From NCBI GenBank assembly GCA_964384235.1, contig CAYLJX010000004.1, positions 15,916 through 79,915 on the forward strand: a stretch of 64,000 nt of DNA, in the 5' to 3' direction. Positions 18,482 through 28,531 of this stretch are shown here, piece by piece (the first letter of the stretch is position 1; each line of letters opens with the position of its first letter). This DNA is from an uncultured Bdellovibrionales bacterium. Lineage in GTDB: Bacteria; Patescibacteriota; Minisyncoccia; Moranbacterales; UBA1568. The notes under the pieces were generated by a model. The model made no database searches. It saw only the letters and a program-made list of their open reading frames with translations, and had not been told where the DNA came from. A program made the translations under genes and the position numbers.

Positions 18482-19705
18482 TCACTTGAAATCGATGTAC
18501 TTCCTCCCTTTCAGTCTGTCGGGGAAGTATTCCTGTTTCGTGTCTTCGGCGGTCTTGAAATCGGGAGTATATTTGTATCCTTTTCCGTATTCCAGTTCCT
18601 TCATAAGCTTCGTCGGGGCGTTGCGAAGGTGGAGCGGCACCGGTTCGTTGGGAAACTTCCGCACGTCGTCCTTGACCTGGCCGTAGGCGACATAGAGGGC
18701 GTTACTTTTCTTGGACTCGGCGAGATAGACGACCGCCTGGGCGAGATGTACCTCACATTCCGGCATACCGAGCATCTGACACGCCTGAAACGCCGCTACC
18801 GCCTGCGGCAGCGCGAACGAATTGGCCAGTCCGACATCCTCCGATGCGAAGCGCACCAGCCGACGTGCGACGTAGAGCGGATCCTCCCCTGCCTCGAGCA
18901 TCCGCCCGAGCCAGTAGAGCGCGGCATTCCCGTCGCCACCGCGCATGGATTTGTGCAGGGCCGAGATGATATTGTAGTGTTCCTCGCCGCCCTTGTCATA
19001 GAGGATGTGCGAGCGCTTCACCACCTGCTCGACGGAGCGCGTATCGATACGGTCATACTGGAGCGCACAGGCTTCCAGGGTATTGAGCGCCGTGCGCGCG
19101 TCGCCGCCGGACACCGCCGCGATGAAGGCGAGCGCCTCGTCATCGGCCGTCACGTCCTTTCCGAAATATTCCTGCGACTCAGCAAGCGCGCGCCGCAGAA
19201 GCGAGATGAGTGCCTTCTCGGAGTGTTTCTCAAGGACGAGCACACGCGTACGTGACAACAAGGCGGCGTTCACCTCGAAGCTCGGGTTCTCCGTCGTCGC
19301 CCCGATGAGAATGATCGTGCCACACTCCACGTGCGGCAGAAGCGCATCCTGCTGGGCCTTGTTCCAACGATGGATCTCATCGATGAAGAGGATGGATTTC
19401 CGACCGGCTTCCTTGTTGGCCGCGGCTTTTTCCAGAACGGATCGGAGATCCTTCACGCCGCTTCCCACGGCGGAGAGCTGGAAAAACTCCGCCTCGGTTT
19501 CTCGTGCGATGAGCAAAGCGAGCGTCGTCTTGCCGCTCCCGGGCGGTCCCCAGAAGAGAAGCGACGGTACACGATCCGAAGCGATCGCCTCGCGCAAAAA
19601 CGCCCCCTCACCGAGGATCTTCTCCTGTCCCAGAAATTCTTCCAGCACCTTCGGCCGCATCCGCTCCGCAAGCGGGATGCGCGTTTCATTTCGGTTATTC
19701 TTCAT
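18482..19705 (-). CDS. rarA: replication-associated recombination protein A (AAA+ ATPase)
   Basis: Walker A GPPGSGKTTLA, Walker B ILFIDEIHR, and the MgsA C-terminal domain. Confidence 0.9.
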   Translation of the reverse strand: MKNNRNETRIPLAERMRPKVLEEFLGQEKILGEGAFLREAIASDRVPSLLFWGPPGSGKTTLALLIARETEAEFFQLSAVGSGVKDLRSVLEKAAANKEAGRKSILFIDEIHRWNKAQQDALLPHVECGTIILIGATTENPSFEVNAALLSRTRVLVLEKHSEKALISLLRRALAESQEYFGKDVTADDEALAFIAAVSGGDARTALNTLEACALQYDRIDTRSVEQVVKRSHILYDKGGEEHYNIISALHKSMRGGDGNAALYWLGRMLEAGEDPLYVARRLVRFASEDVGLANSFALPQAVAAFQACQMLGMPECEVHLAQAVVYLAESKKSNALYVAYGQVKDDVRKFPNEPVPLHLRNAPTKLMKELEYGKGYKYTPDFKTAEDTKQEYFPDRLKGRKYIDFK

Positions 19706-19711
19706 AGCAGG

Positions 19712-19990
19712 CTATCCGGTTATTTGAAATCCCTTTTCATCCGGTATCGGTTCGATGAACTCGACTGAGATCTTTTTCACTCGTGAGAGACGCGGCCCCC
19801 GCATCATAAAGAGCACGAACTGCTCCGTCATCACCCGCTCTCCCTGCGCCTCGCACAGGACATCCTCCCCTTCGTTCTTCACCCAGCCCGAAAGACCGAG
19901 CGCATGAGCGATCTTCCGGGTCGTGTGACGGAAGAACACCTTCTGCACCCGGCCGCCGACGAGGATACGCATGCGGACGATGTGCGACAT
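19712..19990 (-). CDS. acyP: acylphosphatase
   Basis: 92 aa. VQKVFFRHTTRKIAHALGLSGWVKNEGEDV matches the acylphosphatase signatures. Confidence 0.8.
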   Translation of the reverse strand: MSHIVRMRILVGGRVQKVFFRHTTRKIAHALGLSGWVKNEGEDVLCEAQGERVMTEQFVLFMMRGPRLSRVKKISVEFIEPIPDEKGFQITG

Positions 19991-20037
19991 GGGAAAAGAT
20001 GTAAATACTTAAAGAGTGAGAGTGTATATTTACATTT

Positions 20038-20847
20038 TTAAATCTGTAGGGTGATCCCGATAGGACAGTGGTCCGAGCCGGTGACTTCGGGCAGGATGAA
20101 GGCGTCTTTGACATGCTTCCGCAGGCTCCCACTCACGAAGAAATAATCGATACGCCAACCGATATTCCGCGCCCGGGCATTGGCGAAATGGGACCACCAA
20201 GTGTAATACCCCGTTCCCTCGTGAAATATTCGGAAGGTGTCGACGAAACCGCTTGCTATTACCCTGTCGATGCCCTCGCGCTCCTCGTCCGTGAACCCGT
20301 GTTTCCCGACGTTGTCCTTGGGCCGGGCCAGATCGTCTTCCGTATGGGCCACGTTGAGGTCGCCGCAGAAGATGACGGGTTTTTTCTTTTCCAAATCCTT
20401 CACATAGGCGAGAAACGCCGGATCCCAATGCTGGTGACGAAGTTCCAACCGGCTCAGGTCCTCTTTGGAATTGGGCGTGTAGACCGTGACGACATAATAT
20501 TTCTCGAACTCAGCCGTGATGACGCGCCCTTCCCTGGCGGCATCGCGCGCCGCCCCGTCGATGAAACGGTACTTCTTGGAAAAATCGTCCGGATACCCGT
20601 TGATGACCGCGATCGGTTTCACCTTGGTAAAGATCGCCGTCCCGGAATACCCCTTCTTCTCGGCGGAGTTCCAATACTCCTCATAGCCGGAAAGATCGAT
20701 CTCCGCCTGCCCCTGAAGCGCCTTGGTTTCCTGGAGACACAGGATGTCCGGCCGGTATTTCTCGATGAACGGCAAAAAAAGACCTTTCCTATGCACGGCC
20801 CGGATGCCGTTGACATTCCAACACAAAAGCGTGAGCGGTTTGGACAT
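20038..20847 (-). CDS. xth: exodeoxyribonuclease III (AP endonuclease)
   Basis: LLCWNVNGIRA, LCLQETK and the C-terminal DHCPI motif. Confidence 0.9.
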   Translation of the reverse strand: MSKPLTLLCWNVNGIRAVHRKGLFLPFIEKYRPDILCLQETKALQGQAEIDLSGYEEYWNSAEKKGYSGTAIFTKVKPIAVINGYPDDFSKKYRFIDGAARDAAREGRVITAEFEKYYVVTVYTPNSKEDLSRLELRHQHWDPAFLAYVKDLEKKKPVIFCGDLNVAHTEDDLARPKDNVGKHGFTDEEREGIDRVIASGFVDTFRIFHEGTGYYTWWSHFANARARNIGWRIDYFFVSGSLRKHVKDAFILPEVTGSDHCPIGITLQI

Positions 20848-20859
20848 ATGATTGAAGAA

Positions 20860-20887
20860 GTGAGTAGTGGGTAGTTGGTAGTGAGTA
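20860..20887. repeat. tandem heptamer array (GTKRGTA)x4: gtgagta gtgggta gttggta gtgagta
   Basis: Read directly from the sequence, 13 nt upstream of the xth start codon. Confidence 0.5.
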
Positions 20888-20926
20888 GTCTATGAAAACC
20901 AAGGGGGCATTCCCATTGTAGCGGCA

Positions 20927-20971
20927 CGAGGAGAAAACAAAAAGGGCTAGCCGTACACGTACGCCTAGCCC
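20927..20971 (-). terminator. rho-independent terminator (minus strand) after gene 20986-21225
   Basis: Stem GGGCTAG/CTAGCCC (20944-20950 and 20965-20971). On the minus strand it is followed by CUUUUUGUUUUCUC. Confidence 0.5.
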
Positions 20972-20985
20972 CTGGCACTCTTTGA

Positions 20986-21225
20986 CTATTCGTCTAAGTG
21001 ACCCTGCAACTCCCCCAAGGTTCGGGGATTGTTAAGAGTCCGCAAATCCTCTCGGGCCTCTCTCCCTGTCAGTGCCTCCTGGAGACACCTCTGAATCTCA
21101 GCATCCAGGAGGAGACAGACGATACAACCTGCAATTGCCTGCCCCACGGGAAGATCGAGCCACATCGGCGCCGTCATGAAAAACAACAGCCCGATTGCCA
21201 CAGCAACCCAAGTATGGTCCTTCAT
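20986..21225 (-). CDS. small membrane protein, hypothetical
   Basis: 79 aa with one or two hydrophobic helices. A terminator lies immediately downstream. Confidence 0.45.
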   Translation of the reverse strand: MKDHTWVAVAIGLLFFMTAPMWLDLPVGQAIAGCIVCLLLDAEIQRCLQEALTGREAREDLRTLNNPRTLGELQGHLDE

Positions 21226-21462
21226 GATGCGCCTCCACGAGATGTAGATAAAAGGAACCGTAGTCCCCCTATGCCGTAATCATACCACTTTTCATTACAG
21301 CAACCAAGTATTATACTCCTAAAAACTCCCTCTGTCAAGGGTGATTGAGTATTTTTTGCTTTATAAAAGCCATTTTTAAGGAAAAGTAAAGCCGGCAAGT
21401 GGGTACTTGTCGGCAGGAAAGAGAAAAATGGACGTTGTCCCTCTTCCTCAAATGCTGTCTGG

Positions 21463-21933
21463 TCAGTGCAGCGACGGCTCGCGATGAAAATCTTCGGGGT
21501 AAATATTGAACAGCGCACCCCTCGACTGCAATCCCCAGGCCCGCTTTGCGATGCGAACAAACAATCTGAACTCGTCCGGATGCTGTTTTTGAAAAAGCTT
21601 CAGTATCTCTACACCGAGTTTCGGAGACACGTAGGATACGCGCTGATGAGGTATTCTGGCACGCGACCCCCCATTCCGATACCACCACGATGTCGTCTCT
21701 TTTGGAAACCCTCTCTCGGCCAGGGTTTTCAAGAGATCCTCCTTGAAAGTAAATTTCAGTACGAAATCATCTATCCTTCCATCCTCACCACGGCGCCAGC
21801 TACCCCTGAACCGGACGATATCGAACAGGCTGCCGATGCACGGCACCCGATTGTCTTCGGACGATGAAACACCTACAGCATAATTGCGTCCAAGAACCAA
21901 AACCCTCCCTTTCTGTATTGAAATATCCGTCAT
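21463..21933 (-). CDS. hypothetical protein
   Basis: The start is placed at ATG 21933 (MTDISIQKG...), which has a GGAG RBS 9 nt upstream. The AT-rich 31-aa extension in the ORF track is unlikely to be real. No motif was recognised. Confidence 0.5.
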   Translation of the reverse strand: MTDISIQKGRVLVLGRNYAVGVSSSEDNRVPCIGSLFDIVRFRGSWRRGEDGRIDDFVLKFTFKEDLLKTLAERGFPKETTSWWYRNGGSRARIPHQRVSYVSPKLGVEILKLFQKQHPDEFRLFVRIAKRAWGLQSRGALFNIYPEDFHREPSLH

Positions 21934-22067
21934 GCGGTCTCTCCTCTCTGTCAGGAAAATTTTCAGGCTTGTTTTGTTAAAGGCCTTTTTTGGGTCCGTA
22001 TATACAGACTCCCAAATATTATACACCGTATCATGATATTTTCTTCACCCCTACCGCTTCGACAGCC

Positions 22068-23225
22068 TTACTGACCAGAAAACCCCTTGAATGTCACGGC
22101 GTCAAGCTCCCGGAAGCGACGCTGCTTCTCCTCGATCGGCACGTCGTCTTGCATCCCCTTGGTCGCGGCTGTTCCGGGCCGAGGTGAATACCAGGCGATA
22201 AAGGCTTTCTCGAAATCGACGCGTTTAGCCAAGTCGATCGTCTCCTCGAACTGCTCCCTCGTCTCTCCAGGAAACCCGACGATGATATCCGTCGTAAACC
22301 GCGCGTCAGGGACACAGGCACGGATCTTGTCGACGAGCGCCATGTATTCCTCACGTGTGTACCAGCGGTTCATCCGCTTGAGCACCTCGTCGCTCCCTGC
22401 CTGGATAGGCAGGTGGAGCAGACGGTCGATATTCGGATATTTCGCGATCACATCGATGAGCTCGTCGGAAAAGTCCCATGGGTTGGAAGAGATGAAGGAA
22501 ACTTTTTTCAGTCCCTTGATCTGTGCGACACGCTCCAGGAGATACGGGAAGAGCGTCGGGATACGGTGACGGTTGAGGTGTTTCACCATGACGGGCTTCA
22601 CCTTCTTTCCGTCAGGCAAGACATACTCCCCACCTTCCTTCAAAGTGCCTAAGAGAAAGTCCGCGCCGTACGAATTGACGTTCTGACCGAGGAGCATCAC
22701 TTCCTCATAGCCCTCCCCGGCCACACGCTCCGCTTCGGCGACGATCTCCTCGAACGAACGCGAGCGTTCCTTTCCGCGGGAGAACGGCACGATACAGAAG
22801 GCGCAGTAGTTGTTGCAGCCGTTGGAGATGACGATGGACGCTATCTTCCCCTTGGCACGTCTCGGCTCGTGCTCGAAGCCGACATCCTCCATGGGGAGAA
22901 ACTCAACATCTGGGAGCCGCGCCTGCATGCGCTTCATCATCTTGCCATCCGGGACGCGGGCCGCCGCTCCCACGAGACAGCCCGTCACGACGATGTGCTG
23001 CTTCCGGCCGGTTTTCCCGAGCCTCAGACGGATATTCTTGACGAGACCGTAGACCTTTTCCTCCGCCCGATCACGCACCACGCAGGTATTGAGGATGACC
23101 GTATCCGCCTCCTCCATCGTCTCGGCCCGCCCGAAGCCGCGCGCCTCATACAGGCTCGCGATCCGCTCCGAATCCGCCACGTTCTGCTGACACCCGAACG
23201 TCTTGATGAAATATTTCTGAGACAT
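22068..23225 (-). CDS. MiaB-family radical-SAM tRNA methylthiotransferase (C-terminal TRAM domain apparently absent)
   Basis: FIKTFGCQQNVADSE (MTTase N-terminal domain) and the radical-SAM cluster CNNYCAFC. The protein ends shortly after the radical-SAM core. Confidence 0.8.
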   Translation of the reverse strand: MSQKYFIKTFGCQQNVADSERIASLYEARGFGRAETMEEADTVILNTCVVRDRAEEKVYGLVKNIRLRLGKTGRKQHIVVTGCLVGAAARVPDGKMMKRMQARLPDVEFLPMEDVGFEHEPRRAKGKIASIVISNGCNNYCAFCIVPFSRGKERSRSFEEIVAEAERVAGEGYEEVMLLGQNVNSYGADFLLGTLKEGGEYVLPDGKKVKPVMVKHLNRHRIPTLFPYLLERVAQIKGLKKVSFISSNPWDFSDELIDVIAKYPNIDRLLHLPIQAGSDEVLKRMNRWYTREEYMALVDKIRACVPDARFTTDIIVGFPGETREQFEETIDLAKRVDFEKAFIAWYSPRPGTAATKGMQDDVPIEEKQRRFRELDAVTFKGFSGQ

Positions 23226-23230
23226 ATTCT

Positions 23231-24277
23231 TTATGCCTTGTTTTTTTCTACAATTAACTGTCCGCAGGCGGCAGCAATATCGTCCCCCATGGTGCGGCGG
23301 CGGGTCACCGTCACTCCCGCCGTTTCGAGTCGTTCCTGGAACCTCGCAAAATCCCCTGGCAGACTGTCACGGTAGACCGCTCCGGTGAAATTGTACGGGA
23401 TGAGGTTGATACGGACCTTCCCGACTTTTCTCGCGAATTTGATAAGTGCCTGCGCATGCATCTCGGTATCGTTCACCTTGGAGAGCATGACGTACTCAAA
23501 GGTGAGGTGTCGGCGGCGACTGTCGAACTTCTCGAAATAGTCGGCAGTCCACGCGGCGAGCACGTCGAGGAAACCGTCATACGAACTCGGCATCATGCGC
23601 TTCCTGGTATCATTGTCCGCGCTGTGAAGCGACACCGCGAGACGCACCGGCGGCCAGTCCGGGTCATTGAGAAGTTTCTTGAGCATCGGCACGAGCCCTA
23701 CCGTCGAGACCGTGATGCGCGTCGCCCCGATATCGGTATGCGCGAGGATGGTTTTGATCACCTCTTTGACATTGTCATAGTTGGCCAAGGGTTCCCCCAT
23801 CCCCATGAAGACGATGTTACTGATGCGCTGCGGCAATTTCGGATGTTCCCGCAGGAAAATATTCCAAAATCTGTACTGATCGACGATCTCGTCGGAAGAG
23901 AGATTCCTCGTGAAGCCCATCGTACCGGTCGCACAGAACGTACAGGCCATGGCACACCCGACCTGTGACGACACGCAGACCGTCCACTGACCGCGGGCAT
24001 TTTGCATGAGCACCGTCTCGACACGCTTGCCGTCAGAGAGTTCGACTATCGCCTTGTAGGTGTCTTTCTTCTTGCTTTCGAGGATATGTGCCGGCCGAAC
24101 GGACAGCCACGGCAGTTCTTTGGCGAGCGTCTCGCGCATGGACTTCGGCATCACCGTCACATCGGAAAAACCGCCGAAGCTTTCCGAAAACAAAGCTTCC
24201 TCCATCTGCCTGAGACGGAATGCAGGAGCATCAGGAAAAAGATTCCGGAACTGCGCCCGGCGGGTAAGAGGTATCAT
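23231..24277 (-). CDS. rlmN: 23S rRNA (adenine2503-C2)-methyltransferase, radical SAM
   Basis: CAMACTFCATG cluster and the C-terminal GDDIAAACGQL with the conserved cysteine. Confidence 0.9.
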   Translation of the reverse strand: MIPLTRRAQFRNLFPDAPAFRLRQMEEALFSESFGGFSDVTVMPKSMRETLAKELPWLSVRPAHILESKKKDTYKAIVELSDGKRVETVLMQNARGQWTVCVSSQVGCAMACTFCATGTMGFTRNLSSDEIVDQYRFWNIFLREHPKLPQRISNIVFMGMGEPLANYDNVKEVIKTILAHTDIGATRITVSTVGLVPMLKKLLNDPDWPPVRLAVSLHSADNDTRKRMMPSSYDGFLDVLAAWTADYFEKFDSRRRHLTFEYVMLSKVNDTEMHAQALIKFARKVGKVRINLIPYNFTGAVYRDSLPGDFARFQERLETAGVTVTRRRTMGDDIAAACGQLIVEKNKA

Positions 24278-24326
24278 AGTCCCGATACTCTACCACGAAG
24301 ATGAGCGGATGTCCACCCGCCCCCTG

Positions 24327-24638
24327 TCACCGGAAGATATCCCGCTTCACCGAAAAGTCCTCCTTGTAGGAATCCTCGCGGGCCTTCAGCCGTTCCACGA
24401 TGTCCTGGAACTGGACTTCCTTGAAGTGCGTCTCCTTGACGTACGAGTCGAGATATTTCTTCTTCTCCTCCTCGCTCCACTGGTAGCGATAGAGGCTCTG
24501 ATACCAGTTCCATCCCCCCATCCCGAGCACGACCAGAAACAGGAAGAAAAAGAGAATCTTGTAATTCCGGTACCATGCGGAGAGCCACTCCCGCGAAGAG
24601 AAATATTTTTTCCAGTTCCTAAACGATGAGAGTTCCAT
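24327..24638 (-). CDS. hypothetical membrane protein at the distal end of the pilus block
   Basis: 103 aa. One TM helix followed by a charged coiled region. Confidence 0.5.
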   Translation of the reverse strand: MELSSFRNWKKYFSSREWLSAWYRNYKILFFFLFLVVLGMGGWNWYQSLYRYQWSEEEKKKYLDSYVKETHFKEVQFQDIVERLKAREDSYKEDFSVKRDIFR

Positions 24639-24649
24639 AAGACATCCGG

Positions 24650-25384
24650 CTATTCATTGGTTTTTTCGAGATAAACGACCGTTTCCAAGACCGCTTCCAA
24701 TCTCGCCTGCGGCGCCGATACGGATGCCGAGGCCTCGGTCCCCGAAGACGAGAACGGGTTTACCCCGCTTCCGACCGGCAGATCGGCCCGTTGTTCGCGG
24801 CTTTCCCCCTGCTGCAAGGAAACCGAGACGACATCGAGCGCGACCGGCAATTTCTCGAGTTTGTGAAGGAACGAGAGGACGTCGCGATACTCGCCGGTCA
24901 GACGGATGGAGAGCGAAAGATACGGATTGAACGGCAGGTTGCCGAGAATGGACATGTCTTTCTTTTCCTGGGCAGCGGTCGCTTCTGCGGCATCGCCCTC
25001 ATTCGCCGGTTTCGCGGCGGGCTTTTTCTTGGCCGGAGCCATGCTCATACTGTCTCCCTTGGATTCGATGGCGATCGCTACCTCCGTATCCGCCGCCACA
25101 CCCTCGAGGGTCTTGACGAAATCGACGATGCGATCCTTGGAAACGAGGATATTGAGCTTCGCCTCGTCCTTGGCGATACTCTCGAACTGGTCGCGAAGCT
25201 CCGGCAGGGTCTGGATCTGTCGCTCACGGTATTCGCGGTTGGCATGGAACTTCTGGATATCGTCCATTTTCCCTTTCAGGACGGCCTGAAGCGGCAGGAT
25301 GCCGTACCAGAGGATGGCTCCCATCCCGATGACGAGGACGCCCATGAGGACGGCCGGGATATGTTTCTTGTACTCGGTATTCAT
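24650..25384 (-). CDS. PilO-like pilus assembly protein
   Basis: The start is placed at ATG 25384 (MNTEYKK...), giving a 4-nt ATGA overlap with the upstream gene. N-terminal TM segment, coiled coil, then a C-terminal domain. Positioned after PilM/PilN. Confidence 0.5.
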   Translation of the reverse strand: MNTEYKKHIPAVLMGVLVIGMGAILWYGILPLQAVLKGKMDDIQKFHANREYRERQIQTLPELRDQFESIAKDEAKLNILVSKDRIVDFVKTLEGVAADTEVAIAIESKGDSMSMAPAKKKPAAKPANEGDAAEATAAQEKKDMSILGNLPFNPYLSLSIRLTGEYRDVLSFLHKLEKLPVALDVVSVSLQQGESREQRADLPVGSGVNPFSSSGTEASASVSAPQARLEAVLETVVYLEKTNE

Positions 25385-25944
25385 AGTCCGTTCTTCTTGA
25401 GACACTCCTGTTTCAGCGTGAAGTCGACCTGGAACTCCACGTCCTTCTGCGAGAACAGGTTCGAGATCGGCACGTTGACACCGGCGACACACGGGAGATC
25501 CTTCAGGCGGTCTTCGAAGAGGAGCAGGTCGTCGCGTGTCTTGGCATTGCCGGAAAGCAGTACCGTATAGTCCTTGGTCGAAAGACGATCGAGACGGACG
25601 TCTTCCGGAAGCGTCTCGTCCAGCAGGAGAAAGATCTCCGAAAAAAGCAGATGGTTGCGGTCGATCTGCGAAACGACCGCGATGCGTTCGTTGGTCTCCC
25701 GGAATTTCCGCTCGTACTGGTCGAGCGACCGCCCCTCCTGATAGAAAGATCCCTCGGCAGCACCCATCATCTCCAGGTTCTTGGCCTGGACATCCAGGAT
25801 GAGATAGATCCCGACGAGGATGCTCACATAGAAGAGCTCCAGCATGAGGAGGAGGAACACCTGCCAGAGAAGAAAACGGAAACGCAGCCTCCGCTGGAGG
25901 ATACCTTTCTCTTCTTCCGGCAACAGATTAAGCAAAGTCTTCAT
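25381..25944 (-). CDS. PilN-like pilus assembly protein
   Basis: 187 aa. Short cytoplasmic N-terminus, one TM helix, then a periplasmic domain. Overlaps the pilM stop. Confidence 0.5.
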   Translation of the reverse strand: MKTLLNLLPEEEKGILQRRLRFRFLLWQVFLLLMLELFYVSILVGIYLILDVQAKNLEMMGAAEGSFYQEGRSLDQYERKFRETNERIAVVSQIDRNHLLFSEIFLLLDETLPEDVRLDRLSTKDYTVLLSGNAKTRDDLLLFEDRLKDLPCVAGVNVPISNLFSQKDVEFQVDFTLKQECLKKNGL

Positions 25945-27019
25945 ATTCGTCCAAACCTCTTAGCGCGAGACCGATAGCCGTCGAATACTGCACCGAACGC
26001 TTGCGGTCGATGAGCGGAAGCGTCTTGCCGAGACGGACATTCACCCACGGATTGCCGAACTCGATGGGCCGTCCGAGACGCCGCGACAGGTACGGGAGCA
26101 ACCCGTTCATGTTCGCGCCGCCGCCGCACAGGATGATGGAATCGACCCCTTCCGAATACCCGAGATTGTTGAGATAGAAGTCGATCGATTTCTCGACTTC
26201 CACCGCGAGATTTTCCAGGACCGGCTGGGCCGCCTTGAGCACCGGACTCTTCATGGCAAGCGACCCCAGACCCTGCTTGATCTTGATGGCCTCGGCTTCC
26301 TGGAACGAGATGTGCAGTTCCTTGGAAATGGCGTCCGTAATCATCTGCGACGAGAGCGGCACGCTCGACGTGAAACACGGCGTGCTCCCCACCGAGATGA
26401 GGAAGCTCGACCGACGGTCGCCGATATCGACGATGAGCGTGGTATTCTTCTCCTTCTCCTCGGGCAAAAGACTTCTCGCCTGCGCGATGGACTCGGTCTC
26501 GAGACCCACCACTTCCAGACCGGCACTCTCGAGCACCGCCTGGAACTGATCGACGACGCTCCGCGCCACCGCCACGACGAGCACGTTGAGTTTCTTGTCC
26601 TGGGTCAACGTGAAGTCGAGCACCTGATAATCATAGTACACCTGGTCGAGCGTGAGCGGGATGTTCGCCTCGATCTCCCACTTGATCGCCTCCTTCACTT
26701 CGTCCTCGGCCATCGCCGGCAGCTTGATGACACGCAGGAACGCCTTCGTCTCAGGAAGGGAACACATCACTTTTCTGGTTTTCAGTTTCTTCGGTCCGGA
26801 CATCTTGAGGAGCTTGACGATGGCGTCGCGCACCGCGTCCGCATTGACGATCTCCCCGTCCACCACGCTCCCCTGGGCGAGCGGCACCGAGCCGAAACTC
26901 ACGAGACTGTCCTTCTTGCCTTCGCGGTCCAGCCAGACGAGCTTGATCGACAAGTCGCTCAAGTCCAATCCGAACGATCCCGGAAACAGGTCGAAGATTT
27001 TTTTCTGCAGAAAGCTCAT
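25928..27019 (-). CDS. pilM: type IV pilus assembly ATPase-like protein PilM (actin fold)
   Basis: 363 aa with an actin-like ATPase fold and PilM N-terminal pattern. GGAGG RBS sits 8 nt upstream. Confidence 0.8.
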   Translation of the reverse strand: MSFLQKKIFDLFPGSFGLDLSDLSIKLVWLDREGKKDSLVSFGSVPLAQGSVVDGEIVNADAVRDAIVKLLKMSGPKKLKTRKVMCSLPETKAFLRVIKLPAMAEDEVKEAIKWEIEANIPLTLDQVYYDYQVLDFTLTQDKKLNVLVVAVARSVVDQFQAVLESAGLEVVGLETESIAQARSLLPEEKEKNTTLIVDIGDRRSSFLISVGSTPCFTSSVPLSSQMITDAISKELHISFQEAEAIKIKQGLGSLAMKSPVLKAAQPVLENLAVEVEKSIDFYLNNLGYSEGVDSIILCGGGANMNGLLPYLSRRLGRPIEFGNPWVNVRLGKTLPLIDRKRSVQYSTAIGLALRGLDEYEDFA

Positions 27020-27101
27020 TTTGTTTTTCCTCCTTTTTTTCCTTCTTATTGTATCATACCCTCCCCTTCATCCTCTCGTCTCCCCTCTCCTCCCTCCTCA
27101 T

Positions 27102-27129
27102 TCCTGTCTCCTACTTCCTATCTCCTACC
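27102..27129. repeat. tandem heptamer array (TCCTRYY)x4: tcctgtc tcctact tcctatc tcctacc
   Basis: Read directly from the sequence. Overlaps the 3-prime end of gene 27125-28531. Preceded by a CT-rich tract (27061-27100). Confidence 0.45.
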
Positions 27130-28531
27130 TTTCCTCCCACAGGTCCATCTCGTACTGCGTCCCGGTGGGGAAGAACGGCGGCGGACAGTACAGGAGATTA
27201 TTGTCATAGGAGAGATTGCGCGTGGCATATCCGGTCCCGTCCGTCCAGGCGAATCCGTACCGCTGGTTGGTCGCGATCGCGCCGTAGACGGTGATGACGC
27301 TTTTCGTTATCCCTCCGCTATAGTGCGCCCGTCCGACACGCCCGGTCTGAGCCAGGAGCGCACCGTCGATCCGCAGATCGTCTTCGCTTCCCTTGTATAT
27401 CTCTATATCGTCCTGCCCGATGATACCGACGACGTCCGGGCAATCATTGCCGGTGATGTCGTAGTCGGTATAGCGGATGTCCTTGCCGATGTAGATACTC
27501 TTGAGCGATGACGAAATGAGATTGGCCGCCACGATCGTCACCCGCTTGTCACTCACCGTCCCCTCGAGCCAGACGTTGTTCTCGACGAAGATGACCCCCT
27601 CATCAGGAATGGTGTAGGTCGACCAGCCGCCCTGATAGTTGTTGATCTCGTTGGTAGAGGAGACGAAACTCCGCACCGTCCGGATACTGAACGTACCGTC
27701 GGCATTGAGAATGATATGCCGTCCCTGGTGCACATTGTCAAAATAGAGACTCCCGTTCGTTCCGGCCTGGGCCTCGCTCTTGATATAGGAAAGATCGCCG
27801 AGCACCCCGTTGAAGTCGGTCGAGGCGACCGGAAAGGTCCGTCCGCTCTCGAAGACGTCCGGGCGGTCCGGAACGGCCGTCGGAGGCAGAGGATCGGTCG
27901 GACTGTCATGCGTATGCACGCCGAACTCGTTCCCGCCGGTATGATCCTGATCGTTGTAGTCCGAGACGGCGCTTGAGACGACGTTGTGCGCCAACCCGTC
28001 GAACCGGATGCCCTGGTTGGAATGGATCTTGCCGAAGACTTCCGTCCCTGCCCCGAAACGGAGGTAATCATTGGCGAGCACGATATGCTCGCTCCAGGCC
28101 GGTTTGCGCAGACGCACCTCGATGATACGCGTCACGTCCGGATACCGGTAGGTCCAGCCGGTCGCCCTGACGATGACCACCGACGACCCCGTCGGCGGCG
28201 GGGTCACTTCGAGCCGGTACTTGCCGATAGCGCTTCCTCCCGGATCCTGGTATTCCACCTCATAGGGCGTGGCGACACCGTAGGGATTGCCCGTCTCCCA
28301 GAAATCAGCCACCTGCTGCGCGGTGCGGCCCTCCACCTGGTGCGCCAGGTACCAGCGGTAGAAATGGATGCCGGACTCCGCGATCTGGAAGGCCTGTTCC
28401 CTGGCGTGCACCGTGAGGGCATACTTGGTCTGCGACGCGATAAAGCTCACGATGGCCGTCAGGATGATCGCCACCATCGTCATGATGATGATCCCGTACG
28501 GCAGGATGGATCCCTTGAGCGCTCTATTCAT
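27125..28531 (-). CDS. pilus-associated large protein with N-terminal TM anchor (PilX/PilY-like role conjectural)
   Basis: The start is placed at ATG 28531 (MNRALKGSILPYGIIIMTMVAIILTAIV...), which overlaps the upstream stop by 8 nt. 469 aa. Lies between the pilin genes and pilM. Confidence 0.5.
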   Translation of the reverse strand: MNRALKGSILPYGIIIMTMVAIILTAIVSFIASQTKYALTVHAREQAFQIAESGIHFYRWYLAHQVEGRTAQQVADFWETGNPYGVATPYEVEYQDPGGSAIGKYRLEVTPPPTGSSVVIVRATGWTYRYPDVTRIIEVRLRKPAWSEHIVLANDYLRFGAGTEVFGKIHSNQGIRFDGLAHNVVSSAVSDYNDQDHTGGNEFGVHTHDSPTDPLPPTAVPDRPDVFESGRTFPVASTDFNGVLGDLSYIKSEAQAGTNGSLYFDNVHQGRHIILNADGTFSIRTVRSFVSSTNEINNYQGGWSTYTIPDEGVIFVENNVWLEGTVSDKRVTIVAANLISSSLKSIYIGKDIRYTDYDITGNDCPDVVGIIGQDDIEIYKGSEDDLRIDGALLAQTGRVGRAHYSGGITKSVITVYGAIATNQRYGFAWTDGTGYATRNLSYDNNLLYCPPPFFPTGTQYEMDLWEER